DNA from: a bacterium
Lineage (GTDB): Bacteria; Muiribacteriota; UBA6191
Assembly: GCA_036339875.1 (NCBI GenBank)
Contig: JAYZAC010000095.1
Span: forward strand, 10,046 to 74,045
DNA length: 64,000 bases
Direction of reading: 5' to 3'
In this document: one piece after another, positions 38,468-47,989 of the stretch
Position numbering within the stretch: the first letter of the stretch is position 1
Layout: each line of letters opens with the position of its first letter
The notes under the pieces: generated by a model
Told to the model about the DNA's origin: nothing
The model's input: only the letters and a program-made list of their open reading frames with translations
Databases searched by the model: none
Translations under genes and position numbers: made by a program

Positions 38468-39248
38468 CCCACAAAACTTTTTTCTGTTTGTAACTTGCTG
38501 TCTTCAAATCTAACTTCTTAGACTCTACTTTCGCCTCTAAGCATTCCCACCGTTTTCGAAACTTATTCAATGACAATTGAGTCAGCTCTTCGGGTGAGTA
38601 CCCATGCTCGACGGCTGCTGAGTAAAGTGCCATGAAAATATCCGCAAATTCTTCACGCTGTCTTTCGGAGCTTTCCTCCAGAACACTGTGGCGAAATTCT
38701 CGCAATTCTTCGTCCACCTTACTAAGAGAATCCTCAGGGCTTTCGAATCTAAATCCAGCTGACTTAACCTCTTGGTAGATTTTTTCAACTTTTTGAAGGG
38801 ATGGTAGCGCCCTATATTTTTCGAAAAGACTTGAAGATGACTTCGATGATTTTTCTTTGGCTTTGATATCACGCCAACTTGTCTGGGGACAATAATCTTT
38901 CTGATCAAAATCGGGCTCGAACACGTGTGGATGTCTACGAATAATTTTATCCGAAATCTTGCGAGCCACAGTCTCCAGATTGATTCGACCTAAACTACTT
39001 TCTTCAAGCAATTGAGCGTGCAAATATATCTGCAGCAGAACATCGCCAAGCTCTTCCTCCATACCCTCTGGATTTGAGTGATCTACTTCTTCTAAAAATT
39101 CATATACTTCCTCTAAAAAGTATTTCTTAAGACTGTCATGATTTTGTTTCAAATCCCATGGGCAACCAGTCTCCGGATCTCTCAATCTTGCCACAATCTT
39201 TCGAAATCTCTGTAGTTCACTACTCTGGGGCGCTACGGAATCATTCAT
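38445..39248 (-). CDS. mazG: nucleoside triphosphate pyrophosphohydrolase MazG
   Basis: Tandem MazG EExxE/D motifs (EEVYEFLEEV...ELGDVLLQI and EELREF...EFADIFMALY). 267 aa. Confidence 0.8.
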   Translation of the reverse strand: MNDSVAPQSSELQRFRKIVARLRDPETGCPWDLKQNHDSLKKYFLEEVYEFLEEVDHSNPEGMEEELGDVLLQIYLHAQLLEESSLGRINLETVARKISDKIIRRHPHVFEPDFDQKDYCPQTSWRDIKAKEKSSKSSSSLFEKYRALPSLQKVEKIYQEVKSAGFRFESPEDSLSKVDEELREFRHSVLEESSERQREEFADIFMALYSAAVEHGYSPEELTQLSLNKFRKRWECLEAKVESKKLDLKTASYKQKKVLWDEAKREC

Positions 39249-40650
39249 CTAGAACCTTAGCCGCAGAGGCTTTGCTTTTGCGAGAAGCCACTACAGAATG
39301 CTTAGAAGTTTTTACCGACTTCTTAGTTTCTACACTAAACTTCAAGTCATCCTTTTTTCGATCATAGCCGATTCTTATTCCGTCGCCCTTCTTGAATGTG
39401 GAGCTTAAAATCATTTCAGCCAGAGGATTTTCCAAGGATTTTTGGATAGCTCTCCTCAGAGGTCTTGCTCCATATTTTTCATTAGTGCCCTGCTCTACTA
39501 GACACTGCTTAGCGCGTTTGGTTAAGCTCATGTTAAGACCAAGCTTTTTTAATCTATCCTGAACTTCCTTGAGCATAATATCGATGATTTCTAAATTATC
39601 ATTCATATCCAACGCTCGGAACAAAACTACCTCATCAATTCGGTTTAGAAATTCTGGTGGAAAGATCTTTTCTAGTGCTTTTCGCGTTTCACGATTCTTT
39701 ACCTTATCATCAATTTCTTCCTTACTTCCCCCAAAACCGATTGCTGAACCCATTTGATCTATCTTATCAACTCCAATATTCGAAGTGAGAATTATAAGTG
39801 ATTGATTAAAAGTCACTACCTGACCCTTACTATCAGTCAAGCGCCCCTCATCTAAAATTTGTAAAAGTAAATTGTGAACTTTACGATGAGCCTTCTCGAT
39901 TTCATCAAAAACAACAATTGATTCAGGCTGTTTTTTAATAGCTTCGGTTAAGAAGCCACCATCATTATGACCAATATACCCAGGTGGAGCACCAATCAAT
40001 TTTGCGTATTCGTGAGACATCGCGTACTCACTACAGTCAACTCTAATTAAATCTTGTGTACCGAATAAATATTTACTCAAAGCTTTACCAAGCTCGGTTT
40101 TACCGACACCAGTTTGACCAACGAAAATGAAAGAACCAATTGGCCGGTTAGGACTTTTTAGTCCTACTTTCGCTTTTCTCACAGCTTGCGAAACCACTTT
40201 TATAGGCTCATTTTGCCCAACTACAAAACGCCTTAATTCATTTTCCATATCAAGATATCGCTCATCAGCTAAATTTTCTTTGGTGCTATCTGTGGCATCC
40301 AATAGCGGTAATCCCTCATCACCATCCATCAAAATAGTAATCTCTTTAATATCTAATGATGGATTAACCTTGATACATAGATTGTATAGCTCCTGCTCGA
40401 TAATATCTCCCAATAGAGGATAATCGCCCGAATTGAAAATACTCGGTGCAATTTCGTTAATATAATTCACCACAGAAGCATTAATAATTAATCTTTTGTA
40501 AGATTTCTTATCAGTAATCTTCGCGTTCTTGAAAAGGTCCCGCTGCTGAGCAGGCGAAAAAGACCTAATCGCCACGAAACGATCTAGACTTTCACAAAAC
40601 TTCATTTTGATATTACCCGAAATGTTGTTGGAGGAACTCATTGTACTCAC
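39241..40650 (-). CDS. AAA+ ATPase with a single ClpA/ClpB D2-type module and a unique 150-aa N-terminal region
   Basis: VVGQNEPIKVVSQAVRKAKVGLKSPNRPIGSFIFVGQTGVGKTELGKALS...RVDCSEYAMSHEYAKLIGAPPGYIGHNDGGFLTEAIKKQPESIVVFDEIEKAH...LLQILDEGRLTDSKGQVVTFNQSLIILTSN matches the Clp D2 sensor and Walker regions and the C-terminal D2-small domain. There is no D1 or N-domain. Confidence 0.7.
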   Translation of the reverse strand: MSTMSSSNNISGNIKMKFCESLDRFVAIRSFSPAQQRDLFKNAKITDKKSYKRLIINASVVNYINEIAPSIFNSGDYPLLGDIIEQELYNLCIKVNPSLDIKEITILMDGDEGLPLLDATDSTKENLADERYLDMENELRRFVVGQNEPIKVVSQAVRKAKVGLKSPNRPIGSFIFVGQTGVGKTELGKALSKYLFGTQDLIRVDCSEYAMSHEYAKLIGAPPGYIGHNDGGFLTEAIKKQPESIVVFDEIEKAHRKVHNLLLQILDEGRLTDSKGQVVTFNQSLIILTSNIGVDKIDQMGSAIGFGGSKEEIDDKVKNRETRKALEKIFPPEFLNRIDEVVLFRALDMNDNLEIIDIMLKEVQDRLKKLGLNMSLTKRAKQCLVEQGTNEKYGARPLRRAIQKSLENPLAEMILSSTFKKGDGIRIGYDRKKDDLKFSVETKKSVKTSKHSVVASRKSKASAAKVLDE

Positions 40651-40847
40651 CTTGTCCGCATTTGTTTAATTTGGTCTTGCCTTAAACATTTTATCGACCA
40701 AATCAAGGGATTTGTTCGCTCTATCTCACTATTTATTTTACCACAGACCAAGTTTTCTTCCTCTTTTGGTAACTCGTAATAGGATCGAATAACTTGATCA
40801 CAAACCTCAAGATCCATATACTCAGCAGGTTTCAAAAGGAATTAATA

Positions 40848-41351
40848 ATGGAATCTATCTTAACAGGACTAGAGTCTGCCAAACTCTTGAATGAGGACCT
40901 TAGTATCGCCCTATTTCAACCCGAAATTCCTGGTAATGTAGGCTCCATTGCTCGCTCATGTGTCGCTACTGATACACCGCTCATAATTGTAGGTCCGATA
41001 CCTTTCCAAATAACACATTCAAGATTGAAACGAGCAGGCTTAGATTACTGGCAACATCTAAAATGGTGCTATATGGATACACAAAAACAGTTCTTTGAAC
41101 TTTTTGGAGAACAGAGACTTGTTCTGACAAGCGTTAGAGGAGATCAACCATACCATGAGTTTCAGTATCAAAAAGGGGATATTATAGTTTTTGGGAGAGA
41201 AACGCGAGGTCTCGACGAAACACTCATCAATGATCCTAAGCACAAAAGCATTTTTATTCCAATGTGGGGTAAAACGCGCAGCCTTAATATAGCAAATTCA
41301 GCTACCACAATATTGTATGAAGCTCACAGGAAATTTGGATTCCCTGAATGA
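40848..41351 (+). CDS. trmL: tRNA (cytidine/uridine-2'-O)-methyltransferase TrmL (SpoU family)
   Basis: The track ORF starts at 40794; the conserved family N-terminus begins at MESIL (LFQPEIPGNVGSIARSC...IVGP). C-terminal SLNIANSATTILYEA trefoil-knot motif. Confidence 0.8.
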   Translation: MESILTGLESAKLLNEDLSIALFQPEIPGNVGSIARSCVATDTPLIIVGPIPFQITHSRLKRAGLDYWQHLKWCYMDTQKQFFELFGEQRLVLTSVRGDQPYHEFQYQKGDIIVFGRETRGLDETLINDPKHKSIFIPMWGKTRSLNIANSATTILYEAHRKFGFPE

Positions 41352-41378
41352 TTTAGAATTAGTCCACACTCACAATCA

Positions 41379-42341
41379 TTAAATAGTTTTATATTTACTG
41401 AACAAAGCGGAAACCGACGTTCCCTCATGAATTCGCCGAATTGCTTTAGATAGTAATTTACCTATACTTAAAACCTTAATTCGACTGGGATCATAATCTC
41501 CCCGAATAGATATAGTATTCGTAACTATAACTTGAGCTAACTTAGAACTAGAAAGCTTCTCGATAGCATTCGCAGAAAAAACTGGATGAGTACATGCGGC
41601 ATAAACTTTGGTAGCACCCGCTTCCATGAGGGCATTTACACTATTTACAATTGAACCGCCTGTATCGATTTCGTCATCAACCAGAATTGCAACTTTATCT
41701 TTTACATCTCCAATAATTCCATAGACAGCAGATCTATCCTTATTACCATCACGTTTTTTATCGATTATAGCCAAATCAGCTTCAAGAGCCCATGAGAAGG
41801 CTCGGGCCCTCTTAGCACCTCCAGCATCAGGAGATACCACAACCATATTTTCAAGTTTCAATGACTTTATATAGTCACAAATTACAGGCAGAGCGATCAA
41901 TTGATCTACTGGCAAAGTAAAAAACCCCATCACCTGTTCAGAGTGCAAATCGATAGCAATTATACGATCAACCCCTGCCGCCGTTACTAGATCTGCTAGT
42001 AGTCTCGCTGTTATTGAAATTCTCGGCTGATCCTTCTTGTCTGAGCGTGCATAATAGTAATAAGGCATTACCGCCGTAACTCTTCTCGCAGAAGCACGTT
42101 TTAATGCGTCAATCATTATGAGCATTTCCATAACATCATCGTTGACATTCTCACCTATGGTATGGATCACAAAACAGTCCATGTCACGTACATTTTCTTC
42201 AATTTTGACAAAGCTATTGGTGTTTTTAAACTTGAAGGTACTAGATCGACCTGGCTCAATATCTAGTCTTTCGCATACCTCATGAGCCAACTCACTGCCA
42301 TATCGACCATAAAAAACTTTGAGTCTGTCTAAATACGCCAT
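41379..42341 (-). CDS. prs: ribose-phosphate pyrophosphokinase
   Basis: DLHSEQVMGFF, PRPP-binding VLVDDEIDTGGS, N-terminal KVFYGRYGSELAHEV. 320 aa. Confidence 0.9.
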   Translation of the reverse strand: MAYLDRLKVFYGRYGSELAHEVCERLDIEPGRSSTFKFKNTNSFVKIEENVRDMDCFVIHTIGENVNDDVMEMLIMIDALKRASARRVTAVMPYYYYARSDKKDQPRISITARLLADLVTAAGVDRIIAIDLHSEQVMGFFTLPVDQLIALPVICDYIKSLKLENMVVVSPDAGGAKRARAFSWALEADLAIIDKKRDGNKDRSAVYGIIGDVKDKVAILVDDEIDTGGSIVNSVNALMEAGATKVYAACTHPVFSANAIEKLSSSKLAQVIVTNTISIRGDYDPSRIKVLSIGKLLSKAIRRIHEGTSVSALFSKYKTI

Positions 42342-42363
42342 TTTATAGCCCCTTACAGAAACC

Positions 42364-42741
42364 CTACTTATCCTTATCTTTGGGTGTCACATCAATCTCA
42401 TCATCTTCTGAACTCTTCTTTTGTTCCTGCATCTGATAAGCTGCATTGATCTCTTCCTGTAAATTTTTCATTCGGTCTTGAATATCCTCAATAAAGGAGA
42501 CTTTAGCACTTAATTTCTCCACAATTTTTTCTGCTGATAGGCTTTGAGATACAGATGAAAAATAATCCTGACCAATTTCTGTAAATACTTTAAGCTGCTC
42601 TTCACTTAACTCACTCAGATGATTTTTGAGCTTGTGAAGCTCTAATTGAAAGTGAATACTATCTTTGATTTCACCCGAGCGGGTCTCGACTTCATCCAAA
42701 GTTTTATTAAGACTATTTTTGACCTTATTCCACAAGTCCAT
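42364..42741 (-). CDS. hypothetical coiled-coil protein
   Basis: A 125-aa charged, heptad-rich protein with no motifs. Tightly spaced downstream of prs. Confidence 0.4.
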   Translation of the reverse strand: MDLWNKVKNSLNKTLDEVETRSGEIKDSIHFQLELHKLKNHLSELSEEQLKVFTEIGQDYFSSVSQSLSAEKIVEKLSAKVSFIEDIQDRMKNLQEEINAAYQMQEQKKSSEDDEIDVTPKDKDK

Positions 42742-42946
42742 GAACTCTCCAAAGGATTAAAGCTGCCAAGTAACCAATTTACAATCCTTGCGGGCTCCAA
42801 CTATATAACAGGAGTCCCTAGAAACAGAAACTATTTTTGACATTTTTAACTCCTATCAGTAGGACTCAAAAAGGTTTGGCGAATATCGCACACATCGGTG
42901 TAAACTGGTGAACTTTATCCTCAGTTAACTACTCAAAAGGTTATTA

Positions 42947-43921
42947 ATGAATACTAATATTGAATCTACCAAGCAAGCGTTTTTCAAAGAACTTGAGCAG
43001 AGTAAAAGTATCGATGAGCTACTACGATTTAAAGGAGCCTACTTAGGGAAACAAGGTCAAATTAGTTCATTACTAGCCCAAATTAAGGAAGTTAAACCAG
43101 AAAAACGTGGAGAATTTGGACAGGCCGTTAATCAACTTAAAAAAGAAGCTACAGCCGCTTTTCAAAAAAAGAAAGCAGAGTTGGAGCAAGTTAAATCAAA
43201 TATAGATAAAGTGGACCTGAGTATGCCAGGTACAGGATGTCCATCAGGAAATTTGCATCCTCTAACTCAAACTACAGAGCAAGTAATCAAAATCTTCAAA
43301 AAGTTAGGTTTTAGCGTAGAGTCTGGACCTGAAATTGAATCTGACTTCTACAATTTTGAGGCATTGAATATGCCCAAGCATCATCCGGCACGCGATATGC
43401 AGGATACCTTTTTTATTGACTCTAATCATGTACTGCGTACTCATACTTCGGGTATACAAATTCGTACTATGGAAAAACAGGAACCACCAATTCGTATTAT
43501 TGCACCGGGTAAAGTATTCCGTGTTGATAGAGACACCACTCACTCGCCAGTTTTTCATCAAATTGAAGGTCTAATGGTTGACACTGATGTAAATTTTAAA
43601 CACTTGAAATTTATGCTTAGAACCTTTATCCAAGAACTTTTTGGTTCCGACCGAGAAGTCAGATTTCGTCCTAGCTTCTTCCCTTTCACGGAACCATCTG
43701 CTGAGATGGACGTGATGTCAGAGCAAGGACAATGGATGGAAATTCTGGGTTGTGGAATGGTTGATCCGAATGTTTTCAAAGCCGTTGGAATTGACTCAAA
43801 TAAATATACTGGCTGGGCTTTTGGGATTGGAATTGAACGCATTACAATGCTTAAATATGGCATGACTGATATCCGGCCCTTTTTTGAAAACGATACTCGC
43901 TTTCTTAGGCAATTCATTTAG
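42947..43921 (+). CDS. pheS: phenylalanine--tRNA ligase alpha subunit
   Basis: Class II motifs (FRPSFFPFTEPSAEMDV, GWAFGIGIERITMLKYG). 324 aa. No pheT immediately downstream. Confidence 0.9.
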   Translation: MNTNIESTKQAFFKELEQSKSIDELLRFKGAYLGKQGQISSLLAQIKEVKPEKRGEFGQAVNQLKKEATAAFQKKKAELEQVKSNIDKVDLSMPGTGCPSGNLHPLTQTTEQVIKIFKKLGFSVESGPEIESDFYNFEALNMPKHHPARDMQDTFFIDSNHVLRTHTSGIQIRTMEKQEPPIRIIAPGKVFRVDRDTTHSPVFHQIEGLMVDTDVNFKHLKFMLRTFIQELFGSDREVRFRPSFFPFTEPSAEMDVMSEQGQWMEILGCGMVDPNVFKAVGIDSNKYTGWAFGIGIERITMLKYGMTDIRPFFENDTRFLRQFI

Positions 43922-43929
43922 GAGGAGAT

Positions 43930-44916
43930 ATGTATCTTGGCATAGACTTAGGCGGCACAAAAACGGCCATCGGACTCGTAGAAAATAATGGCCTAATAAA
44001 ACAACGCCATTCTTTCCCTTCGATAGCCAACGATTTTGAGGAATATTACGAGTCACTTGAAAATCAAATCGAGTTATTTTTCAATAAACACAAACTCAAT
44101 ATCGATCAGGTAAAAGCTGTAGGGGTTGGATGTGCTGGACAAATTGAACTGTCGTCTGGAACTATATTCCATTCCCCTAATCTAAATTGGTCAAACGCAC
44201 CATTGGGAAACAAATTACGCAAAACCTTCGTTAATGCGAGTGTAACTGTGGATAATGATGTGCGAGCTGCTACACTGGGAGAATATCTATTTGGTCTTTC
44301 AAGTAGACCTACAGTTTACATAAATATATTTTTAGGCACTGGGATTGGCTCGGGAATAATCATTGGTGACCGAATTTTACGCGGGTATACTAACTCAGCG
44401 GGTGAATTAGGATTGACAAGTATTGATTTCAGCGGTCCTCGACACTCGTCCGGTAATCGTGGTGTTTACGAATATTACGGAAGTGGTACGGCGCTGGAGC
44501 GTTATGGACGCGAGCTTGCTCAATCGCAGTTAGAAGAGAATCCTAGACAACTGGGCGGTAATAGAATCTGCGATAAAACTGAATCGATTGAAGCTATAAC
44601 TGGAAAATATGTCGGAGATTTAGCTGCTGATGGAAATACCGATGCAATCATGCTTGTTAAGAAAGTCGCTCAATATATCGGTGCTGGTATGGCGAATGTA
44701 ATTAATTTCTTGAATCCTCAGGTAATAACCTATGGAGGGGGTTTAGCTGAAGTCGGTCCTATACTAACGGATACTATCTTGGAAACTGTAAAGGAAAGAG
44801 CTATTTCTACTGCTTATGAAAAAACCGATATTCTGAAGGCCAACTTAGGTAATGATGCCGGCATCATAGGTGCAGCATTCTTACATCGCGTTAACGAATC
44901 GGGAGAGATCTCTTAG
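43930..44916 (+). CDS. ROK family sugar kinase (glucokinase-like)
   Basis: MYLGIDLGGTKTAIGLV ATPase N-terminus. The ROK signature region is conserved. No N-terminal HTH, so a kinase rather than a repressor. Confidence 0.8.
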   Translation: MYLGIDLGGTKTAIGLVENNGLIKQRHSFPSIANDFEEYYESLENQIELFFNKHKLNIDQVKAVGVGCAGQIELSSGTIFHSPNLNWSNAPLGNKLRKTFVNASVTVDNDVRAATLGEYLFGLSSRPTVYINIFLGTGIGSGIIIGDRILRGYTNSAGELGLTSIDFSGPRHSSGNRGVYEYYGSGTALERYGRELAQSQLEENPRQLGGNRICDKTESIEAITGKYVGDLAADGNTDAIMLVKKVAQYIGAGMANVINFLNPQVITYGGGLAEVGPILTDTILETVKERAISTAYEKTDILKANLGNDAGIIGAAFLHRVNESGEIS

Positions 44917-45879
44917 ATGAGTGAAGTACCCAAGACTTTGTGGATTTTGGATCTAGGCTCTTGGGCAGTGCGCCTGTTAAAGGTGCAAGCTCTAAATGGT
45001 GAACTCGTCAATTGGGAATCTTTCGACCACGTGCACCAAATAAGTATTAATAATACTTTAAACTTTCAGCAAAACTATTTAAAGCAACTTCCTGGTGCGC
45101 TTGATCGACTGATTGAAAGATCTAATGTCAATGGTCCGATTCATGTCTTACTCCCATCAAGTATTTTTACCTATGATTTCGGTTCTCAATATGAAAGTAA
45201 CTTACTTTTACAGCTTGATGAGAATATCCGTCAAAAAATTAACCTGATGCTTGCGAAGAAAGGCCTAGAGGCCGCTTTTCTTGGATCCGGAATTTGTGCA
45301 GAAATCGAATATCTATGTAATAAAGAATTCGATCGATCTCAGAGAAATTTTCTGTTTTCAATCAACTATTCATCAAGCTACTTTGCAGAAATCATAGATG
45401 GTTCATTGAGTCGTTTCTGGCAAGACACATCCATCAATGGCATGCAATTAGACTCGATGATGCGAGACAAAATAAATTGTCCAGATTCAACTAAATCTAT
45501 CCTCGATTGGAAAAAAAACGAATTTGCGCTACTACCTGTATTTCGGCCAATCCAAGAAAGACTTTCTGAATTTGAGGTTTTGAAAGATTTTTTATCGATT
45601 GTAGATTTACAGCTTAACCAATGGGAAACTGCCGATATTGATTCGACTATCTATCTTAGTGGTGGAGTTACCCAGTTAAGGAACCTTGACGCATACTTAG
45701 AGGGTACTAGAACAAACCAATATGAGTCGTTTTGTACAAGTTTTTTCAAAGAATGGCTTGAGAATACAACGCTGGGCTCCGACAATCAAAATGGATGGGC
45801 ATCATGTTTTGCACATGCTGGGCTCATTCTTCAGCGGGAGAAAGCAAATGTCGAGTCGCGTAAAAGAAGATCAAGCTAA
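44917..45879 (+). CDS. hypothetical protein, possibly actin-fold PilM/FtsA-like
   Basis: N-terminal LWILDLGSWAVRLLKV resembles the PilM/FtsA phosphate-1 strand. C-terminal IYLSGGVTQLRNLDAYL resembles the adenosine motif (vLTGGGA.lpgl). Weak, by-eye similarity only. Confidence 0.4.
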   Translation: MSEVPKTLWILDLGSWAVRLLKVQALNGELVNWESFDHVHQISINNTLNFQQNYLKQLPGALDRLIERSNVNGPIHVLLPSSIFTYDFGSQYESNLLLQLDENIRQKINLMLAKKGLEAAFLGSGICAEIEYLCNKEFDRSQRNFLFSINYSSSYFAEIIDGSLSRFWQDTSINGMQLDSMMRDKINCPDSTKSILDWKKNEFALLPVFRPIQERLSEFEVLKDFLSIVDLQLNQWETADIDSTIYLSGGVTQLRNLDAYLEGTRTNQYESFCTSFFKEWLENTTLGSDNQNGWASCFAHAGLILQREKANVESRKRRSS

Positions 45880-46023
45880 TAAACAAGACTGGAGCCACTA
45901 TGGCCTCCACCACAACTTTAATAGTCAACAAAATAAACGTAAACAATACGAATTCACGGCATTTTTGACTGTAGCTTTGATGGTCTGTTTTTTTACAGGC
46001 TACTACTTCTTGTAGGAGATTAA

Positions 46024-47130
46024 ATGGGCTTAAATACCCTACAACTTGAATTTGAAATTCAGAAAATTCTATACAAAGGCAATACTAAATTAGTTATTTA
46101 TGGTCTACAGATAGCGCGTGAATTTAATATTTCAATACGTAAAGAAATAATAGAAAGCTTATTAAAATCTCCCTCTATAGAGGAAACACAAGCACTATTG
46201 CAATATCTTGTAGTACAGGAACCTTCCTCAATTTTTGATTACTGTCTAGTAATTATAGAGCAATTTCCTGATCTCAGAGCTGATCTGGCAATCAAGGTTC
46301 TATTACTACCAAATATCCAGGCGCCCAATAACTCTCAAATAAAAAGAATTCTGACATTAATTAGTCGTAATGAAAACGATATGCAGACTTCATCCCTAAT
46401 CAAAATACTTCATAATGCATCGGAGCAAATACCATTAAAATGGTTTGCTGCAATCCTCGAACACCGTAATTCAGAAGTAAGGATTGAGAGCACCCGCTTG
46501 ATGGCTATTACAGCTAGAGAAGAATTACGTGAACTTTTGATTAAAGCCTGGAATAAGGAAGATAGGGGTAAACCATGGGCAGGTGTAGGTCTTTGGAAAC
46601 TCGGTGATCCTAGATTCTTAAAATATGTAGAAAAAAACCGAACATCAATTAAGTTACTAGCGTACTGCGGTCAAGATCCTCAAATTATCGAGATACTACG
46701 GTCCGAATTATTAAACTCTAATTGTCTCGAGGCGGCCTGGGCACTGCAAAAACTAGAAAATACTCAATCTGTACCTATAATTTTAGATAACAGTTTAGAA
46801 AAAGCTGGAACCGTTTTAGGTCTAAGTTTGTTTAATTTAGCTGAATCTATGGACTCAGAATATTGTATGAATACTCTTCAGCGAGCTATTGAACTGGAAG
46901 AAGTAAATATTAAAAAAAACAACTCACTGAGCAAACTTACTCAATTAGCACTCAGTACCCCTATTGCAATGGAACTAGAAAATAAATTAGCTCATCAAAA
47001 AATTCCAGAAAATAAAAAACAAGCTCTTGAATTAAACAATCTCAACCAAATTGAACGCTGGCTAGCGCCCTTAATCTGGAAAAAATGGTCTGAAAGTAGA
47101 GATTACTTACCATCTCACATACCATGTTAA
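46024..47130 (+). CDS. hypothetical HEAT-repeat protein
   Basis: Repeated helical units with PBS-lyase/HEAT-like spacing (E..VR..A..AL..LGD). Confidence 0.4.
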   Translation: MGLNTLQLEFEIQKILYKGNTKLVIYGLQIAREFNISIRKEIIESLLKSPSIEETQALLQYLVVQEPSSIFDYCLVIIEQFPDLRADLAIKVLLLPNIQAPNNSQIKRILTLISRNENDMQTSSLIKILHNASEQIPLKWFAAILEHRNSEVRIESTRLMAITAREELRELLIKAWNKEDRGKPWAGVGLWKLGDPRFLKYVEKNRTSIKLLAYCGQDPQIIEILRSELLNSNCLEAAWALQKLENTQSVPIILDNSLEKAGTVLGLSLFNLAESMDSEYCMNTLQRAIELEEVNIKKNNSLSKLTQLALSTPIAMELENKLAHQKIPENKKQALELNNLNQIERWLAPLIWKKWSESRDYLPSHIPC

Positions 47131-47134
47131 TATA

Positions 47135-47974
47135 ATGCCTACTGTAGCAGATTTACATTCACACAGCATATATAGTGACGGTTCACTAACGCTCGATTCC
47201 GTTACAGAAACAATAAGAAATCGTCATTTGAGCGCCTTTTCAGTTACGGACCATGACAGTCTCGAGTTTTACGGTCAAAACATACCACCTGATATCAAGA
47301 AACGACTGATACCAGGAACGGAGCTAAGTACTCATTTCAACAATCAATCTGTTCATCTTCTCGTCTACTGCTCATGGCCAATACCACAAACGTTTCGCAA
47401 ATTAGTGAAGGAATTTGCAAGCTATAGAAAAAATCGTTACCAACGAATCTGTCGGGATCTTGCCAAAACTTATCCTGAATGGAATTGGCATATCTCAGAC
47501 CAGCAATCTAATTTTACAAGTAGGGCGTTATGCCAATTCATATCTGAGAAGACTGGAAATAGGTCCTTGAGATCCATTTATGACAATTATTTATCAAACA
47601 TCAACATGGGCTATCAAGAATTCCCTGAATTAAGCGAATTACTTTTACGCCTAAAAAATATTGATACGGTTAAAAGCTTCATCGCTCATCCAGGTCATCG
47701 CGGTAAAACTTGGGAGTCCTTTTGGGCTCAATGGAAAGACTTAGGTCTTAGCGGCTTAGAATTAATTCATCCTACTCATAAAAAAAGTTTGAGAAATTAT
47801 TATAAAAAAATTCTCAGACGAGAAGGTTTAGTTGCCTCAGGGGGTAGTGACTTTCATTTCCCTAGAGGTGGCTCTGCGGGTCCAGGACGAATGGGACTAG
47901 ATCAGAATCAATGGCAAAATTTCAAACAACAATGTGAAGTTCTTTGTTCGAAGAATTCCTACACCAAAAATTGA
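47135..47974 (+). CDS. PHP-domain phosphoesterase, TrpH/YciV (RNase AM)-like
   Basis: VADLHSHSIYSDGSLTLDSV...FSVTDHDS matches the TrpH/YciV N-terminal metal-binding motifs (DLHxHTxxSDG...ITDHD). 279 aa. Confidence 0.65.
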   Translation: MPTVADLHSHSIYSDGSLTLDSVTETIRNRHLSAFSVTDHDSLEFYGQNIPPDIKKRLIPGTELSTHFNNQSVHLLVYCSWPIPQTFRKLVKEFASYRKNRYQRICRDLAKTYPEWNWHISDQQSNFTSRALCQFISEKTGNRSLRSIYDNYLSNINMGYQEFPELSELLLRLKNIDTVKSFIAHPGHRGKTWESFWAQWKDLGLSGLELIHPTHKKSLRNYYKKILRREGLVASGGSDFHFPRGGSAGPGRMGLDQNQWQNFKQQCEVLCSKNSYTKN

Positions 47975-47989
47975 TCTAGAATTGCTACA

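Noticed and set aside
40647-40835. 62-aa minus-strand ORF just upstream of the AAA+ gene, with ATGA overlap
   Set aside because: It could in principle be a coupled leader or small protein, but it has no motif or convincing RBS. It occupies what is more simply the divergent promoter region between the AAA+ gene and trmL. I cannot support it.
42742-42946. Possible T-box or leader-peptide attenuator upstream of pheS
   Set aside because: At 205 nt the region is too short for a T-box riboswitch. I could not find a specifier/T-box (AGGGUGGNACCGCG-like) sequence or a Phe-codon-rich leader peptide. It is more simply a divergent promoter region.
45722-46015. 97-aa ORF ending in a hydrophobic tail within the 144-nt gap before the HEAT-repeat gene
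   Set aside because: Most of it overlaps the 3' end of the 44917..45879 gene in another frame. The intergenic part has no in-frame start codon of its own.
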